From an uncultured Bacteroidia bacterium (GTDB taxonomy: Bacteria; Bacteroidota; Bacteroidia; SpSt-205): 32,519 bases of DNA. Location of the stretch: NCBI GenBank assembly GCA_937995505.1, contig CALKJV010000097.1, positions 1-32,519 on the forward strand. The letters run 5' to 3'. The position numbers were made by a program, and so were the translations under genes. Below, in pieces: positions 9,298 to 17,045 of the stretch (position 1 is the first letter of the stretch; each line of letters begins with the position of its first letter). Below the pieces are notes generated by a model. The model did not search any database. It was not told the DNA's origin and saw only the letters and a list, made by a program, of their open reading frames with translations.

Positions 9298-10650
9298 TCA
9301 GCCGCAGGTGGACTCTCCATACGCCGCCCGAAGGTAAAAAATTTCTGTATCGGGGACTTGGGGGGCCAGCCCTACGCTGGGGCGATAGTAGGCTGCGCCA
9401 ATCAAAGTTCCATCCGCTGCTTCTACCACGAAAGCATGCTGCCGAGCAAACCCGTACAATCCCACTTCCAGCCAGACATCGCTTAAGCGCTTGTGGTGTC
9501 CTTGTAAGCCAGCTGGGGCCATCCGATCGCCGGGCTTCCAACGCCGCAGTCGCAACGGAAAGGAAAGCTTAGACTTCTGCCACCAAAGCTCTCCCTTGGG
9601 CGGCCGCACTGGCATTGTCTCGGCGAGCCGGGTCGTACCTACCTCAATCTTCCAGAAACCCCACTGGTATTGGTTCTCTGAGGCGCTGATATACAAGTCG
9701 GGCCAGGCAGGGGTCCAGAGCGCAGCTTTGCCTACCTGCAACCCTCGGGGCACTCGCACAAACCGCAATCCCTTGAAGGTGCAAGCTGCGCCGACCTGGC
9801 CTTTTTGCCGGAGCCGCCACACTTGCTGAGCCTCACGCAGAGAAAGACCCCACCGCTCCCACACAACTGCATAAAACGCATCCCAAGCCCAAGCCCCTTT
9901 CATTTCTACTCCATAGGGCTGCGCCGTGAGGCCTCGGAGAGCCTGGCGCCTATACAGGCCATGCAGCCTTCGCCATTGCAGGCGATACAGCTTCCACCGC
10001 TGCCGCCATAAGATGGCTAAGGAGGGATTTAAGCGCTGGAGGTGCGGCAAGATCCACCACCGCACCTGGTTGCGTAAATACACCGGGGTATAGTTGCTTG
10101 TGTCCAGGCAGAAGGTCTCCCCACAGGCCCGCACGAAATCCATGACAGATTGTCGACTCACCCCTAGCAGGGGCCGCAACCATACCCCCCTCCGATAGGG
10201 AATACCCTGTAAGGTCTGAGGAGCCGCACTGCGCACGAAGCGATACAGAAGAGTTTCTAATAGGTCCTCTTGGGTATGGGCGGTCGCAGCCCAGCGAAAC
10301 CCTTTTTCCCTTAGGAGGCGCTCTATCCAGTTATACCGCAGTGCACGCGCCTGAGCCTGTTTACTCTGATGGCTTTGCCACTCCTCGGGCCGTACTACAT
10401 ACAGATGCAGAGACCATCCGCGCCGCTGGGCAAAAAGCTGTACCCACTCTTGCTCTACTTGGGATGCCGATCCCCGCAGCTGGTAATTCACATGCGCCAG
10501 CTCAATCTTATACCCGAGTTCTGCAAGGATTAAGCTCAGCCCTACCGAGTCTGGCCCTCCACTAAAAGCTACGAGGAAAGTATCACCTGCAGCAGCATAC
10601 TTCTCAAGTGGTTGAGCAACTGCGCGCAACAGTCGCTCAGGATTGCCCAT
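9298..10650 (-). CDS. tilS: tRNA(Ile)-lysidine synthetase
   Basis: PP-loop FLVAFSGGPDSVGL (SGGxDS) near the N-terminus, and a 450-aa length typical of TilS with a C-terminal substrate-binding domain. Confidence 0.85.
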   Translation of the reverse strand: MGNPERLLRAVAQPLEKYAAAGDTFLVAFSGGPDSVGLSLILAELGYKIELAHVNYQLRGSASQVEQEWVQLFAQRRGWSLHLYVVRPEEWQSHQSKQAQARALRYNWIERLLREKGFRWAATAHTQEDLLETLLYRFVRSAAPQTLQGIPYRRGVWLRPLLGVSRQSVMDFVRACGETFCLDTSNYTPVYLRNQVRWWILPHLQRLNPSLAILWRQRWKLYRLQWRRLHGLYRRQALRGLTAQPYGVEMKGAWAWDAFYAVVWERWGLSLREAQQVWRLRQKGQVGAACTFKGLRFVRVPRGLQVGKAALWTPAWPDLYISASENQYQWGFWKIEVGTTRLAETMPVRPPKGELWWQKSKLSFPLRLRRWKPGDRMAPAGLQGHHKRLSDVWLEVGLYGFARQHAFVVEAADGTLIGAAYYRPSVGLAPQVPDTEIFYLRAAYGESTCG

Positions 10651-10655
10651 CCTTT

Positions 10656-11078
10656 TCAGAAGGGCAGGTCCCCTTCGTTAGAGAGGTCAGGCGGTATAGG
10701 TTCTTCTTCGGAAGCAGGGAGAGACTTAGCTTCTGTGGGTTCTTCACTAGACGAGTCGGTAGAGGCGTAAGTCAGCACCCGAATATTATTCACACGGCAC
10801 TCAAAGCTCACTCCCGGTGTATTATCCTGCCGAGTATAGAGGCGGACAGAGGGAGTACCTTCTACCAATACTGTGGCTCCCTTCTTGAGGAACTTGAGGA
10901 CTTCGGTGCTATCCCCGGGATTGCGCCAATAAGTACATTCTACCCAGAGGGTACGCTCTTCGCCTCCAGATACTCGCTGCGTATGCGGGACAGAGAAGCG
11001 GATGATTTGGCCATTAGTTACGGAGCGTAGCTCAGCGTCTCGTCCTAAGCGCCCGGCCAAAATGAGTTTTGCGTACAT
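10656..11078 (-). CDS. ssb: single-stranded DNA-binding protein
   Basis: OB-fold N-terminus MYAKLILAGRLGRDAELRSVTNGQ..., an acidic/proline-rich linker and the terminal DLPF tail typical of bacterial SSB. Confidence 0.88.
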   Translation of the reverse strand: MYAKLILAGRLGRDAELRSVTNGQIIRFSVPHTQRVSGGEERTLWVECTYWRNPGDSTEVLKFLKKGATVLVEGTPSVRLYTRQDNTPGVSFECRVNNIRVLTYASTDSSSEEPTEAKSLPASEEEPIPPDLSNEGDLPF

Positions 11079-11079
11079 A

Positions 11080-11931
11080 TCAAGGCAAATATAGGTATTT
11101 TTCGGGATTGACTTTCATCCCGAACTCCATGACTTCATAGTGGAGGTGAGGAGCTATGGAATAGCCTGTAGAGCCCACATAGCCGATGATTTGGCCGCGC
11201 TTGACTTTTTGCCCTTCGGTTACAGCCAATCGAGAGAGGTGGGCGTACTTAGTAACTAGGCCATTCGTGTGATCTACTTCTACTTGAAGTCCGTAGCCCC
11301 CTCCATCCCATCCCGCGAAGCGCACCCGGCCGTCAGCCGTAACCCGCACAGGCGCTCCATAAGGAGCAGAGAAATCCAATCCCGTATGCATTTGCCAGGC
11401 CCCATGGAAAGGGTCTCGCCGCATGCCAAAATGGCTCACGATGGGGCCACTAATTGGCGCTATACAAGGCACATACGCTACATGAGTAAGCTGCTCTGAG
11501 ATACGAGCCTGAAGGATGCCGTATTCTGACAAGAGTAGCCGGGATTGGTAGAGCATGCGTTCCATGGATCGCACTGGGGCCCCCCCCATCCCCCCTTCCC
11601 ATACTTCGGTCGGCAAGGGAGGCAGGCCTGCAATAGGGCGGTAGAGCCGCTGCATCCGCTGGTGCAGCTGTTGCATTTGCACCTGATAGCGGATCAGCTG
11701 TCGCTCCAGTAAGTGCTTTTCCTGAAGCAAGGCCTGCCGCTGCCGTTCGGCGATACGGGTATAAAATCTCTCCCAGTGGCTATTCGTAAGGCCCAGAAGA
11801 AGTAGACCTCCTACAATCCCCCAAATCGTTTTTCTGCGCAGCGTGCGCCACACATCTGCTGCCCGCAAGGGGGCAGGCTGGTAAGTAAGGGTTCTTTCAT
11901 CCCATTCAAAGCGATTAAGTAGCATGCCCAT
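11080..11931 (-). CDS. M23 family metallopeptidase (membrane-anchored, coiled-coil N-terminal region)
   Basis: HTGLDFSAPYGAPVRVTADGRV ... GYVGSTGYSIAPHLHYEV are the HxxxD and HxH zinc motifs of LytM/M23. There is one TM segment, IWGIVGGLLLLGL. The start is uncertain (ATG 11931, 11925 or 12003). I chose 11931 to avoid overlap with the upstream gene. Confidence 0.82.
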   Translation of the reverse strand: MGMLLNRFEWDERTLTYQPAPLRAADVWRTLRRKTIWGIVGGLLLLGLTNSHWERFYTRIAERQRQALLQEKHLLERQLIRYQVQMQQLHQRMQRLYRPIAGLPPLPTEVWEGGMGGAPVRSMERMLYQSRLLLSEYGILQARISEQLTHVAYVPCIAPISGPIVSHFGMRRDPFHGAWQMHTGLDFSAPYGAPVRVTADGRVRFAGWDGGGYGLQVEVDHTNGLVTKYAHLSRLAVTEGQKVKRGQIIGYVGSTGYSIAPHLHYEVMEFGMKVNPEKYLYLP

Positions 11932-11956
11932 GCCAGTTTGCGCCGCCGCAAAAGTA

Positions 11957-13141
11957 CTAAAAATCTGTGGTAAGACGCAAACGCATGATTCGTTTATTTC
12001 CAAAATCCACTACATACAGAAGCCGTCGGCTGTGTGCGACAGCGGTAGGACGCCGCATTTGGAGAGGGCCACTCCCCCGCCCTCCGAAAGAGACCCTAAC
12101 GGGCCGGCGCTGCCCTGAAGCGGGTGGGGGCAAAATCCCCTCTAATCCCGATAGCGTAAAGACATAGACCGAGTCTAGCTCAGCATCGCATACGATGAGG
12201 TACGGGCGCGCTTCCCCGGTAAAGGCAATTCCCTCTGGCCGGCGAAACCGCCCAGGTGTGGCCAAGAACCCTTCTGCCAAGCTTGTATCCCCTTGGCTCC
12301 AACGACTTTGGACCTCATAAAAGCGACCCTGCTCACCTTCTCGGATTTCCACAGCATGGATGCGTAAGGGAAGGCCCGGCGCCGTAAGCCCTACCCAAAA
12401 GCCCTCTTTCTGCGACACTACGGGCGATTGGGGCGGCCGGGCCTGTACACACAGCCCCCATGCCCCCTGGAAAAAGTCTGTTTGTATCCCCGTGCTGGTC
12501 TGCACCGCAATCGCCTCCTGCCAAGCATCCATTTGATCAAAGAGCAGGACCGCGTCATCCGGCCCCCCAAACTTCAAGGGGTCCTTATCTGGACCTGTAC
12601 GAGTTACATAGTACCTGCCATCCGCCAAAACCGCTATACGGCGAAACCGCACTAGCGTATCTGAGGTGGAGAAGGTAGTCTTGAAGTAAAAAGGATGGAC
12701 CTGGCGGCGCACCACAGTCGCTTCGGAAAGGCCGTACCCTTGACTACCAATAGGTCGTATGCGATAAAGGGCTTCTAAGCGGTAGGTCTGCCCGCCGATG
12801 ACCGTATCTATCGTAGCAGCTGCAAGCAGATCAAGCCTCCTATCCTGAGCAATCGCGTGCACCCTCGGCAGAGCAAAACGTCCTATCACCCGGCCTGCTT
12901 GATCTAAGCACACAATCTGCCCCGCCACCGAGTCGGCTACATAAATAAGCTCATCGTACCCGATGCATATATCTACGGGCCCCTCAAATCCCTCCCAATA
13001 TGGCAAGATAGGTACATACGCGATAAGGGCCGCATCGTAATCGGGTACCTCTATGAAGCTCAGGTCGGTTTTTCGCCCGAAAAAGTCTCCACAGCCTACG
13101 AGGAGGAGCGGGAGAAGGATTCGGAAGGTTCTTTTAGCCAT
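11957..13141 (-). CDS. lipoprotein with NHL-like six-bladed beta-propeller repeats
   Basis: The ATG at 13141 gives MAKRTFRILLPLLLVGCG, a lipobox (L-V-G-C). NHL-like strands are YVADSVAGQIVCLD and LLYVVDFGNKRIMRL. It overlaps the upstream barrel gene by 46 nt. Confidence 0.65.
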   Translation of the reverse strand: MAKRTFRILLPLLLVGCGDFFGRKTDLSFIEVPDYDAALIAYVPILPYWEGFEGPVDICIGYDELIYVADSVAGQIVCLDQAGRVIGRFALPRVHAIAQDRRLDLLAAATIDTVIGGQTYRLEALYRIRPIGSQGYGLSEATVVRRQVHPFYFKTTFSTSDTLVRFRRIAVLADGRYYVTRTGPDKDPLKFGGPDDAVLLFDQMDAWQEAIAVQTSTGIQTDFFQGAWGLCVQARPPQSPVVSQKEGFWVGLTAPGLPLRIHAVEIREGEQGRFYEVQSRWSQGDTSLAEGFLATPGRFRRPEGIAFTGEARPYLIVCDAELDSVYVFTLSGLEGILPPPASGQRRPVRVSFGGRGSGPLQMRRPTAVAHSRRLLYVVDFGNKRIMRLRLTTDF

Positions 13142-14094
13142 ATTAGTCCGATACGATGTTGTAATCCTAAGCGGCCGAGCCATTCTGCGGCGTAGTCTAT
13201 GCGCAAGCGCCCTCGGCCCAATCCCCGCATGAGCCCCACCCCTATCGTAGGCACATACTGTTCCACGAGGCCTAGCTTTTGGCCGGCCCGCAGATACAGA
13301 AACTTTCCGTAGCTATACTCAAACCCAAGCCGTAAGCTCTCGGCGTTATCATTGGGGTGGTTGAGTTGGAGAGCGGCTTGCAGATGATGGGCGCCTTTTT
13401 CCCACACTCTTAGAGCCCCTCCAATGGCGAAAAGGGTAGGCGCTGGATAAGAGCTTACAGTCACATCGGGGGCCTGGTTGGCGGAGCTGCGCCGCACCCG
13501 CAAGCGCGAGTTTGGCCCGAAGTTCTGCACAATCACTCCGAAACGGAAATCCCGCACATCCGTCTGATACAAAAACCCTACATCCACTACCCATGTGGTA
13601 GCCTGGAAGAAGTCTAGCTGCTCCCGCACTATCTTGAAGGCTCCCCCAGCCGAAAAGCGGTCACTAAACTCATAAGCATATACAGGGCCAGCTGCCCAAT
13701 AAGTGGCTGAGAAGTATTCGCCAGTTCCCGTAGACTGGTACTCCGTACGGCGCTCTATCGGGCCGCTGGTGAGGAACTGCGCTTGGAGACCGACCCGATG
13801 GCTGCTGCGCCAGGGCAAAACAACACTCGCATACGAGTAGTCCAATCCCGCAATCCAAAAAGTATGGCTAAAAGCGGCTCCACTTCCTGAGATACGAGAC
13901 AGCGCGCCTGGATTCCAATACGCGCCAAAAGGGTCTTCGCGGAGAGCTATTGCCGCCCCCCCTAGGCCTACCGACCTGGGAGAAGGATCTATGCGCAAAA
14001 AGGTAAGGGCAGATACGCCGACCCGCTGCCCACCGAGATTCGGGAGCAGCTGAGCCCAACTGAGCCCCCACAGAAAAGCTATACATGCTCGCAC
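13096..14094 (-). CDS. PorV/PorQ-family (FadL-like) outer-membrane beta-barrel, T9SS-associated
   Basis: GTG start with the short signal peptide VRACIAFLWGLSWAQ. SPRSVGLGGAAIALREDPFGAYWNPGAL matches the conserved N-terminal motif of the PorV/PorQ family as I recall it. Alternating aromatic beta-strands run throughout and the C-terminal region is aromatic-rich. Confidence 0.6.
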   Translation of the reverse strand: MRACIAFLWGLSWAQLLPNLGGQRVGVSALTFLRIDPSPRSVGLGGAAIALREDPFGAYWNPGALSRISGSGAAFSHTFWIAGLDYSYASVVLPWRSSHRVGLQAQFLTSGPIERRTEYQSTGTGEYFSATYWAAGPVYAYEFSDRFSAGGAFKIVREQLDFFQATTWVVDVGFLYQTDVRDFRFGVIVQNFGPNSRLRVRRSSANQAPDVTVSSYPAPTLFAIGGALRVWEKGAHHLQAALQLNHPNDNAESLRLGFEYSYGKFLYLRAGQKLGLVEQYVPTIGVGLMRGLGRGRLRIDYAAEWLGRLGLQHRIGLIWLKEPSESFSRSSS

Positions 14095-14109
14095 CAGCGC
14101 AAGTGTATA

Positions 14110-15090
14110 TCAGTTCGGTAAAGTTTCTGCAAAGGCAGGTAGCGGTTCTATGCCCAGGGTAGCGAATAGGGCTTGGTCGTCCGCTAAGTCAGCGTTTGGG
14201 GTTGTAAGGAGCTTCTCACCGAGAAAGAGGGAATTAGCCCCTGCTACAAAGCACAAGGCCTGTTCCACGGGAGAGAGGCGCTCACGCCCGGCCGCCAGGC
14301 GAATCTTACTTTTCGGCATGAGGATGCGCGCCGTAGCGATCGTCCGCACCATTTCCCATACTGTAGGGGGTTCTCTATCCTGCAAAGGGGTTCCTTCTAT
14401 GGGCACTAAGGCATTGATGGGCACGGATTCGGGATGGGGGTTTAGCGTGGCAAGGGTATATAAGAGATCTATTCGGTCTTCTTCTCGCTCCCCAAGTCCC
14501 AGAATCCCCCCTGTACAGAGCGTAAGACCTGCATCCCGCGCAGCCTGTAAAGTATGCAAGCGATCGGCATACGTGCGCGTGGTGATTACCTGATTATAGT
14601 ACGCCTCAGAGGTGTCTAAGTTGTGGTTGTATGCGGTGAGGCCAGCTTCTTTGAGGGCTTGGGCCTGTTGAGGCGTGAGCATGCCAAGGGTAGCGCAGAC
14701 CTCTAGGCCTAATCCCCGTACCGTGCGAACCATCTCCAGCACCCGCTCAAAGTCGCGGTTGTCGCGCACGGCCCGCCAAGCAGCTCCCATGCAGAAACGG
14801 GTTGCTCCTGCGGCTTTGGCTTGCTCAGCTGCCTGTCGCACTTCCTCCACAGACAGCAGCTTATGTACTTGTACCCCTGTCTGATAGCGTACGGACTGCG
14901 CACAGTAGGCACAGTCTTCCGAGCATCCGCCTGTCTTGATAGAGAGAAGGGTACAGGTCTGCACTTGGCCAGGTGTGTGATAGTAGCGGTGCACTGCCGC
15001 AGCCTCCTGGATGAGCGCTAAAAGAGGCCGCCGATAGAGGGTAGCCACCTCCTCTCTTTGCCAGTCGTGCCGCACGGAAAAACTTTCCAT
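14110..15090 (-). CDS. bioB: biotin synthase
   Basis: Radical-SAM cluster CSEDCAYCAQS, downstream FCMGAAWR and YNHNLDTS motifs, 326 aa. Confidence 0.93.
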   Translation of the reverse strand: MESFSVRHDWQREEVATLYRRPLLALIQEAAAVHRYYHTPGQVQTCTLLSIKTGGCSEDCAYCAQSVRYQTGVQVHKLLSVEEVRQAAEQAKAAGATRFCMGAAWRAVRDNRDFERVLEMVRTVRGLGLEVCATLGMLTPQQAQALKEAGLTAYNHNLDTSEAYYNQVITTRTYADRLHTLQAARDAGLTLCTGGILGLGEREEDRIDLLYTLATLNPHPESVPINALVPIEGTPLQDREPPTVWEMVRTIATARILMPKSKIRLAAGRERLSPVEQALCFVAGANSLFLGEKLLTTPNADLADDQALFATLGIEPLPAFAETLPN

Positions 15091-15094
15091 TGAG

Positions 15095-15102
15095 CAAAAC
15101 TA
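15095..15102 (-). promoter_or_regulatory. candidate -7 box TAGTTTTG, 4 nt upstream of the bioB ATG
   Basis: The complement of caaaacta at 15095-15102 exactly fits TAnnTTTG at the head of the long minus-strand gene chain. Confidence 0.4.
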
Positions 15103-15104
15103 CA

Positions 15105-15111
15105 TACTTTG
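15105..15111 (+). promoter_or_regulatory. imperfect -7-like box TACTTTG (one spacer nt short), 4 nt upstream of the lpxK ATG
   Basis: Read directly. It has the same G+4 nt+ATG geometry as the bioB and crotonase boxes but does not fit TAnnTTTG exactly. Confidence 0.25.
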
Positions 15112-15115
15112 GCTC

Positions 15116-16240
15116 ATGCTAAGGCCCAAAAAACTTTGGGCATCTCTCTGGCGTGGGCTTTTCGCTATGGTAGCATTCCCTGTAGCGCTGCTGTACGGCA
15201 TAGGGATTACCCTGCGGAATTTCCTGTATGACCGACGGTGGCTCCCTGTGCACCGCCTGCCCTGCTACGTAGTGAGCGTGGGCAACCTCTCAGTTGGCGG
15301 TAGCGGAAAAACCCCTTTCACCCTCTACCTCATCCAGTGGCTCCACCAGAAGGGCATAAAAGTAGCTTACCTGAGCCGGGGCTATGGGAGAAAAACTCGG
15401 GGGTTCTTAGAGGTTTCGCTCAATACCTTAGAACCGGCACAGAAGTATGGAGACGAGGCTGTTTTGGCTAAGCTACGCTTTCCTGAAGTGCCCGTAGCCG
15501 TCGCAGAAGATCGCTTCCGGGGCGGATTAGAACTCCTCCAGCGCCACCCCGACCTCCAAATCCTCGTCCTGGATGATGGCTTCCAACATCGCAGCCTGCA
15601 CCGAGACCTGGATATTCTCATCGTGGATGCCTTCCTCCCCCCAAAGCAGGACTGGCTTTTACCCTTTGGCCGGCTGCGAGAACCTCTACGCAGCTATCGG
15701 CGCGCAGATCTTATCATCTTCAACCAGAAAAATACTCCCTCTCGCAAGCTCCGTACAGGCTGGCTGCGCCGAGCAGGTAAGCCGGTCTTACGCTTTCACT
15801 ATGAGGCCCGCGAACTTATCTCGGCTTTCGCCGAGCTACCTAATCTAACCCTGGATAGCCTGCGTTACAAAAATGCCTTCGCTTTTTGCGGCATAGCGAC
15901 TCCCCAGAGCTTCTTAGACACTCTGCGGGCGATGCAGGTGTATGTCTTACACTTAGAAAGTTACCCTGACCATCGAGCTCTCTCTGTACGAGAGGCAGAG
16001 TCCCTCGCTCGCAGGTATCGGAGAGTAAAGCGTCTACGCAACCTACCAGAACTGCTCCTCCTCACTACCGAAAAAGACCTTGCCCGGCTCTACGATAGCC
16101 CCGCCCTCTCTGCGTTTAGTGACTTACCTTTGTACGCCTTACGCATCTACATGCAGCCGGATGAACCAGAGCAAGCACATACCATTCTATCTAACCTTTT
16201 CGCTTCCCTTCTGACCCATGACCACACCCGAAGCATATAG
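15116..16240 (+). CDS. lpxK: tetraacyldisaccharide 4'-kinase (lipid A biosynthesis)
   Basis: P-loop VVSVGNLSVGGSGKTP, an N-terminal membrane helix, and LDDGFQH. An alternative start is M17 at 15164. Confidence 0.9.
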   Translation: MLRPKKLWASLWRGLFAMVAFPVALLYGIGITLRNFLYDRRWLPVHRLPCYVVSVGNLSVGGSGKTPFTLYLIQWLHQKGIKVAYLSRGYGRKTRGFLEVSLNTLEPAQKYGDEAVLAKLRFPEVPVAVAEDRFRGGLELLQRHPDLQILVLDDGFQHRSLHRDLDILIVDAFLPPKQDWLLPFGRLREPLRSYRRADLIIFNQKNTPSRKLRTGWLRRAGKPVLRFHYEARELISAFAELPNLTLDSLRYKNAFAFCGIATPQSFLDTLRAMQVYVLHLESYPDHRALSVREAESLARRYRRVKRLRNLPELLLLTTEKDLARLYDSPALSAFSDLPLYALRIYMQPDEPEQAHTILSNLFASLLTHDHTRSI

Positions 16241-17045
16241 CCACTTTCGTGAGACGCTGGAGTATATTCGGCGGTACTTTACTGGCGAAGTAGAAGTTGG
16301 TATCGTTTTAGGTACAGGGCTGGGCCGCCTCGCCGAAGCTATAGAAAAAGAACACCAACTCGCCTATAACTTCATTCCCCACTTTCCTATCAGCACCGTA
16401 GAAAGTCATTTTGGGCGCTTGATCTTCGGTCGCCTAGGCGGGAAGCGTGTGGTCGCCATGCAAGGGCGCTTCCACTACTATGAGGGGTATAGCATGTACC
16501 AAATCACCTACCCCATTCGGATTATGAAGCTTCTCGGTGCCCACACCCTCCTGCTCTCTAATGCAGCAGGCGCTGTCAACCTCTCCTATCAGATGGGCGA
16601 CCTGATGATTATTCGCGACCATATCAATCTACTCCCTGAAAATCCCCTTCGCGGTATAAACTTAGACCAATTAGGGCCGCGCTTCCCTGACATGAGCGCG
16701 CCTTACCATCCCGAGCTTATCCAGAAGGCCCGAGCCATAGCCCAGCGTCTCCAAGTGCCTCTACATGAAGGGGTTTATGCCGCCGTATCCGGCCCTAACT
16801 TAGAAACCCGCGCCGAATACCGTTATCTACGCATCATTGGCGCTGATGTCGTTGGTATGTCTACCGTACCCGAGTGCATCGTCGCAAACCACATGGGCAT
16901 GCGGGTCTTTGCCATGTCTATCATCACGGATATTGGCGACCCAGACAACCTGCGCCCCGTCTCCTTAGAGGAAATCATCCATGTCGCAAATCAAGCCGAG
17001 CCTAAGCTCACCCAAATCTTTACGGAGTTGATACGCTCTCTTTAG
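16218..17045 (+). CDS. purine nucleoside phosphorylase (PNP/MTAP family, inosine/guanosine type)
   Basis: GIVLGTGLG, GRFHYYEGY and VVGMSTVPE motifs. 275 aa. Overlaps the lpxK 3' end by 23 nt. Confidence 0.88.
   Translation: MTTPEAYSHFRETLEYIRRYFTGEVEVGIVLGTGLGRLAEAIEKEHQLAYNFIPHFPISTVESHFGRLIFGRLGGKRVVAMQGRFHYYEGYSMYQITYPIRIMKLLGAHTLLLSNAAGAVNLSYQMGDLMIIRDHINLLPENPLRGINLDQLGPRFPDMSAPYHPELIQKARAIAQRLQVPLHEGVYAAVSGPNLETRAEYRYLRIIGADVVGMSTVPECIVANHMGMRVFAMSIITDIGDPDNLRPVSLEEIIHVANQAEPKLTQIFTELIRSL

Noticed and set aside
14092-14112. bioB and the PorV/PorQ-like gene are in the same reading frame, separated by one TGA and five sense codons. This raised the possibility of readthrough or fusion.
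   Set aside because: A plausible GTG start followed by a signal peptide begins right after the spacer. A cytoplasmic radical-SAM enzyme fused to an outer-membrane barrel makes no biological sense, and no recoding signal is evident.
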